From the NCBI GenBank assembly GCA_040880765.1, contig JBBDHT010000066.1, positions 4,513 through 68,512 on the forward strand: a stretch of 64,000 nt of DNA, written 5' to 3'. Each line of letters begins with the position of its first letter. Positions within the stretch are counted from its first letter, which is position 1. Of the stretch, positions 49,152 to 59,929 are shown in pieces. The DNA comes from Acidimicrobiia bacterium. GTDB lineage: Bacteria > Actinomycetota > Acidimicrobiia > Spongiisociales > ZC4RG35. The notes beneath the pieces are model-generated. The model was not told the origin of the DNA and did not search any database. It saw only the letters and a list, made by a program, of their open reading frames with translations. A program made the translations under genes and the position numbers.

Positions 49152-50410
49152 TTGTCGTCGCCGGGGCCCGGGCTCTCACCACAGCGGGATGGCAAGTCTG
49201 TGACGTTGCTATCGAGGGTGCGACCGTTGTTGGGGTGGGGGCGGTGGAGCACCAGCCCGACTACATGGTTATCGACAGTTCCGGGTTGATGCTCGGGCCG
49301 GGCTTCGTCGACCTGCACACGCATTTGCGCGACCCGGGTCAGACATGGAAAGAGGATATGGCGTCGGGTTCGGCTGCCGCGGCCAGAGGTGGGTTCACGG
49401 CTGTTTTGGCGATGCCGAACACCGAACCTGCCATCGATACCGGCGAGATGGTGCGGCGGTGCCGGCACAGAGCTGCAGATACGGCGGTCGTGGAGGTCGG
49501 GGTCAGCGGTGCGTTGAGCATGGGGCGCAACGGGGAAGAGATGGCTCACCTCGAAGACATGTACGACGAGGGGGTCCGTCTCTTCACCGACGATGGAGAC
49601 ACTCTCACCGATGGCGGGTTGCTCCGCCGGATCATGATCTACCTGAGCGACCGCGATGATGTTGTCATCGCCCAACACGCTGAGGATCCGGCGATCGCAA
49701 GCGGCGGAGACATGCACGAGGGGAGCAAGTCACAGACCCTGGGCCTGGTCGGGCTGCCCGCGTCGGCGGAGGTGGCCGTGATCGCCCGCGACCTGGCGCT
49801 GGCAGCCGAAACCGGGGCGCGCTACCACATCCAGCATCTGTCCACCTCCGGTGGAGTCTCACTCGTGCGCCGGGCCAAAGAAGATGGTCTCGAAGTCACG
49901 GCTGAAGTGACTCCACATCACCTGATGCTGACCGACGATGATCTCACCTCCCTCGACCCCAATATGAAGATGTATCCGCCGCTGCGATCTCCGGCCGATC
50001 GCGAGGCGCTGCTCGCAGCGCTCCACGAAGGAGTCATCGACGCTGTGGCCACCGACCACGCCCCCCACGCCGCAAGTGAGAAAGATGTCCCGTTCGAGGA
50101 AGCGCCGCGCGGGGTCATCGGGTTGGAGACTGCCTTCCCGGTGACACTTGCCGCAGCTGATGGCGACCTCGACCTCGTCTTCGACAGGATGAGCATCTCA
50201 CCGGCCCGAATCGGAGCTTTCCAGAGCCAGGGCCGGCCGGTGGAGGTGGGCTCCCCGGCCAACCTGGTCCTGGTCGACCCCACAGAGTCGTGGGTGGCAG
50301 GCAGCTTTGCTTCCCGATCGGCCAATTCACCATTCATCGGCCAGGAATTGAAAGGAAGGGTCGTGGCGACGATTGTTAACGGCGAAGTGGTACATGGAGA
50401 CGGCAGATGA
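49148..50410 (+). CDS. pyrC: dihydroorotase
   Basis: GFVDLHTHLRDPG, ..HIQHLST.. and ATDHAPH. Confidence 0.93.
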   Translation: MIVVAGARALTTAGWQVCDVAIEGATVVGVGAVEHQPDYMVIDSSGLMLGPGFVDLHTHLRDPGQTWKEDMASGSAAAARGGFTAVLAMPNTEPAIDTGEMVRRCRHRAADTAVVEVGVSGALSMGRNGEEMAHLEDMYDEGVRLFTDDGDTLTDGGLLRRIMIYLSDRDDVVIAQHAEDPAIASGGDMHEGSKSQTLGLVGLPASAEVAVIARDLALAAETGARYHIQHLSTSGGVSLVRRAKEDGLEVTAEVTPHHLMLTDDDLTSLDPNMKMYPPLRSPADREALLAALHEGVIDAVATDHAPHAASEKDVPFEEAPRGVIGLETAFPVTLAAADGDLDLVFDRMSISPARIGAFQSQGRPVEVGSPANLVLVDPTESWVAGSFASRSANSPFIGQELKGRVVATIVNGEVVHGDGR

Positions 50411-51570
50411 AACATAGACCGGCCCTTCTGGTCACCTCCGACGGTGAGCTGTTCCGGGGCCACTCGGTCGGAGCCGACGGGATCCGGACCGGTGAGGCAG
50501 TGTTCAACACCTCGATGACCGGGTACCTCGAGGTGCTCACCGACCCCTCATACGCGGGCCAGGTGGTGGTGATGACGGCCCCCCATATCGGGAACTACGG
50601 GGTGACAGAGACAGACGCACAGGCCGGTCGTCCACATGTCTCAGGGTTCGTCACCAGGGCAATGTCGAGACGAGACTCCAACTGGCGCTCGGAGGGCTCG
50701 CTGGGCGACTATCTGGTGAGCAACGATGTAGTCGCGATCTCGGGGGTGGACACCCGCCGTCTCACCCGGCATATCCGGGACAGGGGAGCAATGCCGATTG
50801 CCATGGGATCGGAGGCCACGGAAGGCGAGTTGAGAGAGGCGGCAGCAGCCGCCCCCGTCATGTCCGGACAGGACCTGGCGGGGAAGGTCAGTACCCGGGA
50901 GGAGTACACCGTTCGTTCGGCGGGTGAAACCCAGGGTACGATCGTGGCTATCGACCTGGGGATCAAGAGGGACATTCTCACGAACCTCACCCTCAGAGAC
51001 TTCGACGTCGTTGTGGTGCCGTACTCCACTCCAATCGCGAGGATTCTGGATCTGAAACCCGACGGCCTCTTTGTGTCCAACGGCCCGGGAGACCCAGAAC
51101 CCTTGCATGTGACGACCGAGACGATCAGGGGCCTGATCGGGAAGGTTCCGATATTCGGGATCTGTCTCGGACACCAGGTACTGGGGAGGGCCATCGGGGC
51201 CGACACTTTCAAACTGCCTTTCGGTCATCACGGTGGGAACCACCCGGTGCGGAGGATGGAGGACGGAAAGGTAGAGATAACCTCGCAGAATCACGGATTT
51301 GCCGTCGACCTGTGGAGCCTCGTCGACGAAGACATCCCCGAACGCGACGGGCTGGTCGGGAGTGAGCTGCTTCCGGAACGGGTGAGCACACCCTACGGCG
51401 AGGTGCTGCCGACCCATCAGAACCTCAACGATGGAACAGTCGAGGGGATGCGGCTGCTCGACGCGCCTGCCTACTCGGTCCAATACCATCCCGAGGCCGC
51501 TCCTGGCCCCAGGGACGCGTCTCCATTATTCGACGGGTTCGTCGACGCAATTCACAAAGGGGTGACGTGA
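50407..51570 (+). CDS. carA: carbamoyl-phosphate synthase small (glutaminase) subunit
   Basis: [28 protein letters not shown] and QYHPEA. Confidence 0.96.
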   Translation: MKHRPALLVTSDGELFRGHSVGADGIRTGEAVFNTSMTGYLEVLTDPSYAGQVVVMTAPHIGNYGVTETDAQAGRPHVSGFVTRAMSRRDSNWRSEGSLGDYLVSNDVVAISGVDTRRLTRHIRDRGAMPIAMGSEATEGELREAAAAAPVMSGQDLAGKVSTREEYTVRSAGETQGTIVAIDLGIKRDILTNLTLRDFDVVVVPYSTPIARILDLKPDGLFVSNGPGDPEPLHVTTETIRGLIGKVPIFGICLGHQVLGRAIGADTFKLPFGHHGGNHPVRRMEDGKVEITSQNHGFAVDLWSLVDEDIPERDGLVGSELLPERVSTPYGEVLPTHQNLNDGTVEGMRLLDAPAYSVQYHPEAAPGPRDASPLFDGFVDAIHKGVT

Positions 51571-54500
51571 TGCCGGCGCGCACGGACATCCGCTCTATCC
51601 TCCTCATCGGATCCGGCCCGATCATCATCGGGCAGGGCTGCGAGTTCGATTACTCCGGCACCCAGGCTGCCAAGGTGCTGCGACAGGAGGGTTACCGGGT
51701 GATCCTCGTGAACAGCAACCCGGCGACCATCATGACCGACCCCGAGTACGCCGACGCCACCTACGTCGAGCCGATCACCCCGGAAGTAGTCACCGAGATA
51801 ATCGCCCGGGAGCGTCCCGATGCACTCCTGGCAACGCTTGGCGGACAGACCGCTCTCAATGTTTCGTCCACTCTCGCCCGCACCGGCGTGTTGCAGCGCC
51901 ACAACGTGGAGATGATCGGCGCCGGTCTCGAAGCGATCGAAAAGGCAGAGGATCGGGGCCTTTTCAAATCGACCATGGAAGAGGCCGGCCTCGAGTGCCC
52001 GCGCGCCGGTTATGCGCGTTCGATGGGAGAGGCGATGAATATCGCCCGGGACATCGGGTACCCGGTGATGGTACGCCCGTCATACATCCTCGGTGGTGGC
52101 GGCACCGGACTTGCCGACAACGAGGAAGACTTCATTGCGGTTGCCCGGTACGGGCTGGAGATGTCACCAGTGTCGGAGATCCTCGTCGAGGAGTCCGTTT
52201 TCGGCTGGAAGGAGTTCGAACTCGAGGTGATGCGCGACTGCAAGGACAACGCCGTCATTGTCTGCTCGATCGAAAACCTCGACCCGATGGGAGTTCACAC
52301 CGGGGACTCGATAACGGTGGCGCCGATCCAGACACTGTCCGACCGGGAGTATCAGGACATGCGGGAGGACGCGATAGCGGTGCTCCGTGCCATCGGCGTG
52401 GAGACGGGTGGATCCAACGTCCAGTTCGCCGTCGACCCCGAAACCGGCAAGCGCCTCGTCATCGAGATGAACCCGAGGGTTTCCCGATCATCTGCGCTTG
52501 CTTCCAAGGCAACCGGTTTCCCTATCGCCAAGATCGCAGCCTTGCTCGCGGTCGGGTACACCCTCGACGAGATAGCCAACGACATAACCCAGGCGACGCC
52601 GGCGTCATTCGAGCCCGCCCTCGACTATGTCGTGGTGAAGATCCCCAGGTTCGACTTCGACAAGTTCCCGTCCGCCCCGCGCAAGCTCGGCACTTCGATG
52701 CGCAGCGTTGGCGAGGCAATGGCGATTGGCCGGACGTTTCCCGAAGCCCTGCAAAAGGCGCTCCGGAGCCTTGAGAACGGGCACTCCGGGCTGAACGCCG
52801 AACCTAACGAGGAGGGCCTCCGCCAGCTTTCTGAAGCGGACCTGGGCCGCCGGGTCGTCGAACCGACTCCTGATCGGATATTCGCAGTGGGTGAGGCACT
52901 GCGACGCGGGTGGAGTGTCGACCGGCTCAGTGAGCTCTCGTCGATCGACCCCTGGTTCATCGATCAGATGGCAGAGATAGTCGAGGTACGTCATGAACTG
53001 GTCGATGACCCATCCGACATGGCGTTACTGGCCGAGGCGAAACGATACGGATTCTCCGACGTCCAGATCGCCTACCTGACCGAAACCACACCGGAGAATG
53101 TCCGCTCGATCAGGGAAGCGGCGATGATCCGCCGCACCTATCAGCGGGTGGACACCTGCGCCGCAGAGTTCGTCGCCAGGACCCCGTACATGTACGGAAC
53201 GTTCGAAGAAGAATCAGAGGTCGTCGAGGCCGAGCGGCCCAGGGTGTTGGTTCTCGGGTCCGGGCCCAACCGAATCGGACAGGGCATCGAGTTCGACTAC
53301 TGCTGTGTCCACGCCTCTTTTGCGCTGCGTGATGCGGGCTACGAGACAGTGATGGTGAACTGCAATCCCGAGACCGTCTCCACCGACTACGACACCTCGG
53401 ACCGGCTCTACTTCGAGCCTTTGACTATCGAAGACGTCCTCGATGTCATCGACGCGGAGAAGCCAGAAGCAGTGATCGTCCAGCTCGGTGGGCAGACCCC
53501 GCTCAATCTCGCGGCAGCCCTCGAGGCGGCCGGGGTCAACGTGGCCGGCACCTCGTCGACATCCATTGCCCTCGCGGAGGATCGTGAGCAGTTCAGTGAG
53601 ATCTGCGCCAACCTCGGCCTTCGCCAGCCTTCTGGAGGCACCGCCCGCTCAGCTGCCGAGGCACTCGATGTGGTCGACCAGGTGGGATTGCCGGCGATGG
53701 TCCGTCCCTCGTTCGTGCTCGGGGGCCGCAAGATGCGTGTTGTCTATTCGGTGGAGGAACTCGGTGTGTACGTGCGCGAGATCTACGGAGACGCCGACCC
53801 CGAAGTCGTAGGGGCGCCGATACTGATCGACCGCTTTCTCGAATCAGCCGTCGAAGTCGATGTCGACGCCGTCTTCGACGGCTCCGAGCTTTTGTTGGGC
53901 GGGATCATGGAACACGTCGAAGAGGCCGGGATCCACTCGGGGGACTCGGCTTGTGTGACGCCGCCTCCGACATTGTCCGGTGAGGCGATGAAGGAGATTC
54001 TCAAGGCAACCCGGGACCTTGCGGCCGCCCTCTCCGTCCGTGGCCTGATCAACATCCAGTTCGCGGTAAAAGGCGACGAGATCTTCGTAATCGAGGCCAA
54101 CCCCCGGGGAAGCCGCACCATCCCCTTCATTTCCAAGGCGACGGGTGTGCTGCTAGCCCGGGTGGCCACGAGGGTGATGATGGGCGCGACCATCGAAGAG
54201 CTCCGGGCGGAAGGGATGATCCCCGAGCACACCACGCCGCCATTTGTGGCGGTGAAGAACGCTGTGCTCCCATGGGACCGTTTCCCTGAAGAGGACTCTG
54301 TCCTCGGCCCGGAGATGAAGGCGACCGGCGAGGTGATGGGCATCGGAGAGGATTTCGGCACCGCCTACGCCAAAGCCCTCCTGGGCGGTGGCCGGATCCT
54401 CCCTGACCGGGGGAGGGTGTTTGTGTCGTTCGCCGACCGGGACAAGCCAACCGGGCTCGCTGTGGCCCAGGCATTTGTGATGCTCGGCTTTGAATTGGTG

Positions 54501-54803
54501 GCCACTCCCGGCACTGCCCGCTATCTCAGCCATCACGCCATCGACGCGGAGGTCGTCCCCAAAATCGGTGATGGGCCTGACGACGTTGCCCAGCGGCTCG
54601 ACAACGGCGAGATCCAGCTGGTGATCAACACCCCCCGTGGCGGCAAGGCCCGCACCGACGGTAGGACCATCCGCCAGGCGGCGCGGGGTCATCAGGTTCC
54701 TTGTGTGACCACGGTCCGGGGAGGCCTTGCGGTTGCCCGCAGCCTCCGCGCCGGGCCTGGTGCGATCAATCGGCCGAGGAGCCTTCAGGAGTGGCATCGT
54801 TGA
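51567..54803 (+). CDS. carB: carbamoyl-phosphate synthase large subunit
   Basis: 1078 aa with duplicated ATP-grasp halves ([14 protein letters not shown].. / [14 protein letters not shown]..) and a C-terminal MGS-like domain. Confidence 0.98.
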   Translation: MMPARTDIRSILLIGSGPIIIGQGCEFDYSGTQAAKVLRQEGYRVILVNSNPATIMTDPEYADATYVEPITPEVVTEIIARERPDALLATLGGQTALNVSSTLARTGVLQRHNVEMIGAGLEAIEKAEDRGLFKSTMEEAGLECPRAGYARSMGEAMNIARDIGYPVMVRPSYILGGGGTGLADNEEDFIAVARYGLEMSPVSEILVEESVFGWKEFELEVMRDCKDNAVIVCSIENLDPMGVHTGDSITVAPIQTLSDREYQDMREDAIAVLRAIGVETGGSNVQFAVDPETGKRLVIEMNPRVSRSSALASKATGFPIAKIAALLAVGYTLDEIANDITQATPASFEPALDYVVVKIPRFDFDKFPSAPRKLGTSMRSVGEAMAIGRTFPEALQKALRSLENGHSGLNAEPNEEGLRQLSEADLGRRVVEPTPDRIFAVGEALRRGWSVDRLSELSSIDPWFIDQMAEIVEVRHELVDDPSDMALLAEAKRYGFSDVQIAYLTETTPENVRSIREAAMIRRTYQRVDTCAAEFVARTPYMYGTFEEESEVVEAERPRVLVLGSGPNRIGQGIEFDYCCVHASFALRDAGYETVMVNCNPETVSTDYDTSDRLYFEPLTIEDVLDVIDAEKPEAVIVQLGGQTPLNLAAALEAAGVNVAGTSSTSIALAEDREQFSEICANLGLRQPSGGTARSAAEALDVVDQVGLPAMVRPSFVLGGRKMRVVYSVEELGVYVREIYGDADPEVVGAPILIDRFLESAVEVDVDAVFDGSELLLGGIMEHVEEAGIHSGDSACVTPPPTLSGEAMKEILKATRDLAAALSVRGLINIQFAVKGDEIFVIEANPRGSRTIPFISKATGVLLARVATRVMMGATIEELRAEGMIPEHTTPPFVAVKNAVLPWDRFPEEDSVLGPEMKATGEVMGIGEDFGTAYAKALLGGGRILPDRGRVFVSFADRDKPTGLAVAQAFVMLGFELVATPGTARYLSHHAIDAEVVPKIGDGPDDVAQRLDNGEIQLVINTPRGGKARTDGRTIRQAARGHQVPCVTTVRGGLAVARSLRAGPGAINRPRSLQEWHR

Positions 54804-54805
54804 GG

Positions 54806-55705
54806 ATGGAGACCCGGCTCGGCCCGATCACCATGAGGTCCCCTCTGGTGGCTGCCTCGGGAACAGTGGGTTCGGTCTGGGAGTGGGCGACCGTCGCCGA
54901 CGTCGGTGTTTATGGCGCGGCGGTGGCGAAGTCGGTATCAGCAACACCCTGGGAAGGGAGGCCGGCGCCGAGAATTGCCCCGGCGGGTCCTGGAATGCTC
55001 AACGGGATCGGCATCCAGAATCCGGGCATCGTCTCCTGGGTGACCGACATGGCGGACCGTCTGAAGGTTTGCGACGTTCCGATCTGGGGGTCCGCCGTGG
55101 GAGAAACTGTCGCCGGGTTCGTCGAGGTGGCCGTGGGTGAGGAGTCGGCGGGAGTTGCTGCTGTCGAGGTCAACCTCTCCTGTCCCAACCTCGAGGAGGG
55201 CCACATTTTCGCCCTCGACGCAAGACTCTCCTCCGAAGTCATCAGCGAGGTTGTGGCCGCGGTGAACGTCCCGGTTGGGGCAAAGCTCTCCCCGGCTGCA
55301 CCGGACATAGTTGCCATCGCCGAGGCGTGTATCGACGCCGGAGCAGACTTCCTGACATTGACCAACACCGCACCGGGCTTCGGTGTCGACCTTTCCCTCG
55401 CGGCCCCGAAACTCTCCGGTGGCGTCGGCGGCTATAGCGGGCCCGGGCTGAAGCCGATATCGCTGCGCTGCGTTTACGAGGTCGCCAGGGCGTTCCCCGG
55501 GTTTCCTGTCGTCGGCTGCGGTGGGGTCACGTCCGGGGAAGACGTGGTGGAGTACTTGATGAGCGGAGCTACTGCCGTCGGATTGGGAACGATACATTTC
55601 GCGGAGCCGCGTGCAGGCAAACGAATCGACAGAGAGATGCGAAGAGTGATGAAGAAACTTGGATTCAGCGGTGTGACTGAAATCGTCGGAGCGGCTGTCT
55701 CATGA
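54806..55705 (+). CDS. pyrD: dihydroorotate dehydrogenase, class 1 (Cys catalytic base)
   Basis: SPLVAASGT, GIGIQNPG, VEVNLSCPN (catalytic Cys) and GCGGV. Start trimmed to ATG 54806. Confidence 0.9.
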   Translation: METRLGPITMRSPLVAASGTVGSVWEWATVADVGVYGAAVAKSVSATPWEGRPAPRIAPAGPGMLNGIGIQNPGIVSWVTDMADRLKVCDVPIWGSAVGETVAGFVEVAVGEESAGVAAVEVNLSCPNLEEGHIFALDARLSSEVISEVVAAVNVPVGAKLSPAAPDIVAIAEACIDAGADFLTLTNTAPGFGVDLSLAAPKLSGGVGGYSGPGLKPISLRCVYEVARAFPGFPVVGCGGVTSGEDVVEYLMSGATAVGLGTIHFAEPRAGKRIDREMRRVMKKLGFSGVTEIVGAAVS

Positions 55706-56400
55706 CCGGGATTCTGGTTGCACTCGACCTGCCCAGTGTTGACGCCGCGGTGGGCATGGCACATTCGGTCAAAGCCCATGTAACCGGATTCAAGGTCGGC
55801 CTGGGCTTGCTCCACGGCGAGCCCAACTCCGTGGAGCGGGTCGCGGAGGTCGGTCTTCCGGTGTTCGTGGATGCGAAGCTGCACGATATCCCCGCCCAGG
55901 TGGAATCGGCCGCCCGGGCGCTGGGACGCAGGGGGGCGCGCTGGGTGACCGCCCACATCCCGGGGGGTGCCTCGATGCTGGAGGCTGCCGTCGCAGGGCT
56001 GGCAGAGGGCTCTGCCGGTGGTGCCGGGATTCTCGGGGTCAGTGTGCTCACAAGTCTCGGCGGAGAAGATCTCACCGACATCGGGGTGATTGGGCCACCG
56101 GAGAGGGCAGTCGAGCGCCTCGTCCACATCGCGGAGGCAATCCCTATCGAAGGGGTTGTGTGCGCGGTGCGCGAGGTATCCGTCGTCAGACAGGTCTCCA
56201 CACGGCTCATCACGGTCACCCCCGGGATCAGACCGGCCGGTGTCGGCGATCACGACCAGAAGCGGACCGCCACCGTGAGAATGGCCCTCGAAGCCGGGTC
56301 GGACTATCTCGTCGTGGGCAGAGCGATCACCGCAGAGGATGATCCGGTCCGGGCTGCTGCGGCGATGGCCAAAGAAATCGCTGCCGAAACGATGGTTTAG
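55702..56400 (+). CDS. pyrF: orotidine 5'-phosphate decarboxylase
   Basis: LVALDL.., VFVDAKLHDIP and ..LVVGRAIT... Confidence 0.93.
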   Translation: MTGILVALDLPSVDAAVGMAHSVKAHVTGFKVGLGLLHGEPNSVERVAEVGLPVFVDAKLHDIPAQVESAARALGRRGARWVTAHIPGGASMLEAAVAGLAEGSAGGAGILGVSVLTSLGGEDLTDIGVIGPPERAVERLVHIAEAIPIEGVVCAVREVSVVRQVSTRLITVTPGIRPAGVGDHDQKRTATVRMALEAGSDYLVVGRAITAEDDPVRAAAAMAKEIAAETMV

Positions 56401-56456
56401 CCCGCATTACAAAGAGGTAAACAACTAACGTCGTATTACCAAACGGGAGCAAGATA

Positions 56457-56771
56457 TTGCCTACTCCACCCAAATTGACACCAGAACAACGCCAGGCGGC
56501 ATTGAAAAAGGCAGCCGAAGTGCGCCGGGCACGAGCCGAGGTCAAGGAACTACTCAAGACCGGTTCCATGAGCATCACCGAACTGTTCGAAAAGGCTGAC
56601 CGCGACGAAGCCATCGGAGGGATCAAGGTCGAGCGCCTCATAGCTGCGATGCCGGGCATGGGGAAGGTCAAAGCGATGCGTTTGATGGAGTCTGTAGGGA
56701 TCGCCGATAACCGCCGCCTGCGCGGGTTGGGGGACCGGCAGAGAGAGGCGCTCCTCAAAGAGTTCAGTTGA
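56457..56771 (+). CDS. mihF: actinobacterial integration host factor mIHF
   Basis: LTPEQRQAALKKAAEVRRARAEVKELLK... and GMGKVKAMRLME...RRLRGLG. TTG start. Conserved position upstream of gmk. Confidence 0.9.
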   Translation: MPTPPKLTPEQRQAALKKAAEVRRARAEVKELLKTGSMSITELFEKADRDEAIGGIKVERLIAAMPGMGKVKAMRLMESVGIADNRRLRGLGDRQREALLKEFS

Positions 56772-57328
56772 GGACACCCGGGCGGCTGTTTGTCGTCTCA
56801 GGCCCATCCGGTTCGGGAAAGTCCAGTCTCATCACCGCTATTCTCCGAGAGGCCGATGTCGACTTCTCGGTCTCTGCGACGACCAGGTATCCACGTCCCG
56901 GGGAGATTGATGGCCGTCACTACCACTTCGTAACCCGGAAGCAGTTCGAGGAGATGATCGAGAACGGTGAGCTGCTCGAATGGGCCGAGTACAACAATCA
57001 TTTGTACGGCACTCCTGGCCTTCCTATCGCAGATGCCAATGCACGCGGACGTGACGTACTCCTCGATATCGAGATCAAGGGCGCCCGCCAGGTGAAAGAG
57101 GCACGGCCCGATGCGATCATGGTCTTCATCGCAGCACCATCGATGGAAGAGCTGGAGAAAAGGCTGCGGGCCCGGGGCGACACCAGTGACGATGACATTG
57201 CGGATCGGCTCGAAATCGCTTCCAGCCAGCTTGCGGAGGCCGGTGACGTGTTCGATCACATACTGGTCAACGACAGATTCGAACTGGCGGTCGAAGAGCT
57301 CTTGACTCTTATTACCAGCGGCCAATGA
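56768..57328 (+). CDS. gmk: guanylate kinase
   Basis: VVSGPSGSGKSS and TTRYPRPGEIDGRHYHFV. Confidence 0.95.
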   Translation: MRTPGRLFVVSGPSGSGKSSLITAILREADVDFSVSATTRYPRPGEIDGRHYHFVTRKQFEEMIENGELLEWAEYNNHLYGTPGLPIADANARGRDVLLDIEIKGARQVKEARPDAIMVFIAAPSMEELEKRLRARGDTSDDDIADRLEIASSQLAEAGDVFDHILVNDRFELAVEELLTLITSGQ

Positions 57329-57365
57329 GGTATCCTGTACCAATCCACCCTCTGAGAAGGAACCA

Positions 57366-57587
57366 ATGAAAATCGAAGAAGTCATCGATCAGATCGGCAA
57401 CCGGTTCGCCACGGTTGTTGTCTCGTCGCGCCGGGCACGCCAGATCAACGCGTACTTTCACCAGTTGGGAGACGGCTACGGCAGTTACGTGCCACCGCAG
57501 GTTCATTCTCTGTCCCGCAAGCCACTGACCATTGCCATGGAAGAGATCGCAGAAGGCAAAGTGGCAGTGGAGACAGTCGAGTCCTGA
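57366..57587 (+). CDS. rpoZ: DNA-directed RNA polymerase subunit omega
   Basis: NRFATVVVSSRRARQINAY.. and KPLTIAMEEIAEGK. Confidence 0.9.
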   Translation: MKIEEVIDQIGNRFATVVVSSRRARQINAYFHQLGDGYGSYVPPQVHSLSRKPLTIAMEEIAEGKVAVETVES

Positions 57588-58765
57588 TGCTCGGCGGACG
57601 GCGGGTTGTACTCGCCGTGACCGGGGGCGTTGCGGCTTACAAGTCGGCCTATCTCGCGCGCCGGCTCGTCGAAGCGGGCGCCGATGTCAAAGTGGCCATA
57701 TCATCTTCGGCCGGCGAATTCGTCGGGCCCCAGACCTTTGCTGCGATCATAGGTGAACAACCCTATTTGGACCTCTTTGGTTCCGATGATGTCTCACCCC
57801 ACACCAGCCTCGCCCGCTGGGCTGAAATTGTCATAGTCGCTCCGGCGACGGCAGCCACCCTTGCCCGGGCCGCCAGTGGGTTGTCGGAAGACCTGATCTC
57901 GGCTCTTCTCATCGCGACCAAAGCCCCTGTCCTGTATGCGCCTGCCATGCACACCGAGATGTGGGAGCACCCGGCGACAATCCGCAACGTGAACGTCCTC
58001 CGCGAGGATGGGAATCACTTCGTCGGGCCCGACGAGGGCGAGCTCGCCGGGGGTGATGTCGGGGTGGGCCGGGTTGCCGAACCGGAAGAGATCGTCGCTG
58101 CCGCCAATTCGATCCTGGGGGCTGGTGGATCCGGCCTTTCAGTGCTGGTCACCGCCGGTGGCACCCGCGAGCCAATCGACCCGGTTCGCTACATCGGAAA
58201 CAGGTCAAGCGGAAAAATGGGCCACGCGATTGCATCTGAGGCCGCGAGGCGGGGTTATCAAGTGACACTGGTGACTACATCCGACCTGCCGGTGAACGGC
58301 GCGGTCAAAGTAGTCAGCGTCGAGACCGCGGACCAGATGCAGTCAGCCGTCGACGGGATCACCGCGGACTTTGCGGTCATGGCAGCGGCCGTGGCCGACT
58401 TCAAACCCGAAGCCAGCGCCCGGACCAAGCTCGCCCGGGCCGACGGACTGGAGTCGATCCCTCTTACCCCAACCCCGGACATCCTCGCCTCTGTTGTGGC
58501 ACGCGATGACGCTCCGTTCACCGTCGGGTTCGCCGCGGAGACCGGGGGAGTGGAACGTGCAGTGGAGAAGGCGAAACTGAAGAAGGTCGATCTCCTCGTC
58601 TACAACGACGTGACCCAGGAGGGTTCCGGATTCGGCACTGACACCAACCAGGTGTCATTCATCGACGCCGATGGGAACGTCGATCCCCGCCCGATGATGT
58701 CCAAAGAGGCGGTAGCGGTCGCTCTCTGGGATCGTATTGAAACCCTTGCAGTTTCGGCGAACTAA
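57587..58765 (+). CDS. coaBC: bifunctional phosphopantothenoylcysteine decarboxylase/synthetase
   Basis: VVLAVTGGVAAYKS, PAMHTEMW and RYIGNRSSGKMG. Confidence 0.94.
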   Translation: MLGGRRVVLAVTGGVAAYKSAYLARRLVEAGADVKVAISSSAGEFVGPQTFAAIIGEQPYLDLFGSDDVSPHTSLARWAEIVIVAPATAATLARAASGLSEDLISALLIATKAPVLYAPAMHTEMWEHPATIRNVNVLREDGNHFVGPDEGELAGGDVGVGRVAEPEEIVAAANSILGAGGSGLSVLVTAGGTREPIDPVRYIGNRSSGKMGHAIASEAARRGYQVTLVTTSDLPVNGAVKVVSVETADQMQSAVDGITADFAVMAAAVADFKPEASARTKLARADGLESIPLTPTPDILASVVARDDAPFTVGFAAETGGVERAVEKAKLKKVDLLVYNDVTQEGSGFGTDTNQVSFIDADGNVDPRPMMSKEAVAVALWDRIETLAVSAN

Positions 58766-58777
58766 GGTCTGGTTCCG

Positions 58778-59929
58778 ATGAACGCTTGGTCTTTTTCTTC
58801 TGAGTCTGTAACAGAGGGGCATCCGGACAAGGTCGCCGACGCGATTTCGGACTCCATTCTCGACGCGACACTCGCCATCGAGCCGAAGGCAAGGGTCGCC
58901 TGCGAGGTCCTCGTCACCAGGCGGCTTGCCCTCATCGCCGGTGAGATCGGAGGCTTGCCCCGTGATCGGTGGCCCGATATTGATTCGATTGTGCGAGAGA
59001 CCGTGTTGAACATCGGGTATGACGGATTCGACGAAGATTTCGACCCCAACACGATCGAGGTCATGGACCGGGTCAACATTCAGAGCATCGATATCGCACA
59101 GGGTGTGGATCGCGAGTCGGGTGCAGGCGACCAAGGGCTCATGTTCGGATTTGCGGTCGAAGAGGCCGATGAGCACATGCCACTGCCAATCTATCTTGCT
59201 CACAGACTCGCCGAACGGTTGGCCGAGGTACGCAAGACCGGGAAAGTCGATTACTTGCTGCCTGACGCCAAGACCCAGGTCAGGGTGCGATACGAGGACG
59301 GGCGACCGGTGGCTGTGGAGAAGATTCTGATTTCCTCACATCACACGGCGAATGTCACTTCCGACGATATCAGGGAAGAGGTCTTCGAGGTGGTGGTGGC
59401 GCCCGTCATCCCCCAGGTGTGGCTGCCCGATGGCCCACCGGAGTTCGTTTTCAATCCGAGCGGGCAATTCACCATAGGTGGGCCGGTCGGCGACACCGGG
59501 CTGACCGGTCGCAAGATCATCGTTGACACCTACGGCGGTTACGCACGTCACGGTGGGGGAGCGTTCTCGGGCAAGGACGCGACAAAAGTGGACCGATCGG
59601 CTGCCTACGCAGCCAGGTGGGCCGCCAAGAACCTGGTCGAGGCCGGGGCTGCGCAGAAACTGGAGATCCAGCTCTCCTACGCGATAGGTGACCCTCTGCC
59701 CTTCTCGACACACGTGGAGACGTTCGGCACCGAGCGGGTCTCCCGCCAGCGGATCGAAGCTGCCGTCCAGGAGATTTTCGACTTCAGGCCGGCTTCCATC
59801 ATCGAGGCCCTGCAGCTCACCACACCTGGCTTTGTCCGAACCACCGCATATGGCCATTTCGGGAGACCCGAGTTCAGTTGGGAGAGACTCGACCGGGTCG
59901 ACGAGATCAAGAGCGCACTCGACCTATAA
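58778..59929 (+). CDS. metK: methionine adenosyltransferase
   Basis: SESVTEGHPDKVAD, GAGDQGLMFG and GGGAFSGKD. Confidence 0.97.
   Translation: MNAWSFSSESVTEGHPDKVADAISDSILDATLAIEPKARVACEVLVTRRLALIAGEIGGLPRDRWPDIDSIVRETVLNIGYDGFDEDFDPNTIEVMDRVNIQSIDIAQGVDRESGAGDQGLMFGFAVEEADEHMPLPIYLAHRLAERLAEVRKTGKVDYLLPDAKTQVRVRYEDGRPVAVEKILISSHHTANVTSDDIREEVFEVVVAPVIPQVWLPDGPPEFVFNPSGQFTIGGPVGDTGLTGRKIIVDTYGGYARHGGGAFSGKDATKVDRSAAYAARWAAKNLVEAGAAQKLEIQLSYAIGDPLPFSTHVETFGTERVSRQRIEAAVQEIFDFRPASIIEALQLTTPGFVRTTAYGHFGRPEFSWERLDRVDEIKSALDL

Noticed and set aside
54806-55705. Class 1 dihydroorotate dehydrogenase in the pyr operon without an adjacent pyrK electron-transfer subunit.
   Set aside because: As I recall, Streptomyces has the same carB-pyrD-pyrF arrangement without pyrK, so this is probably normal for the lineage and not an anomaly.
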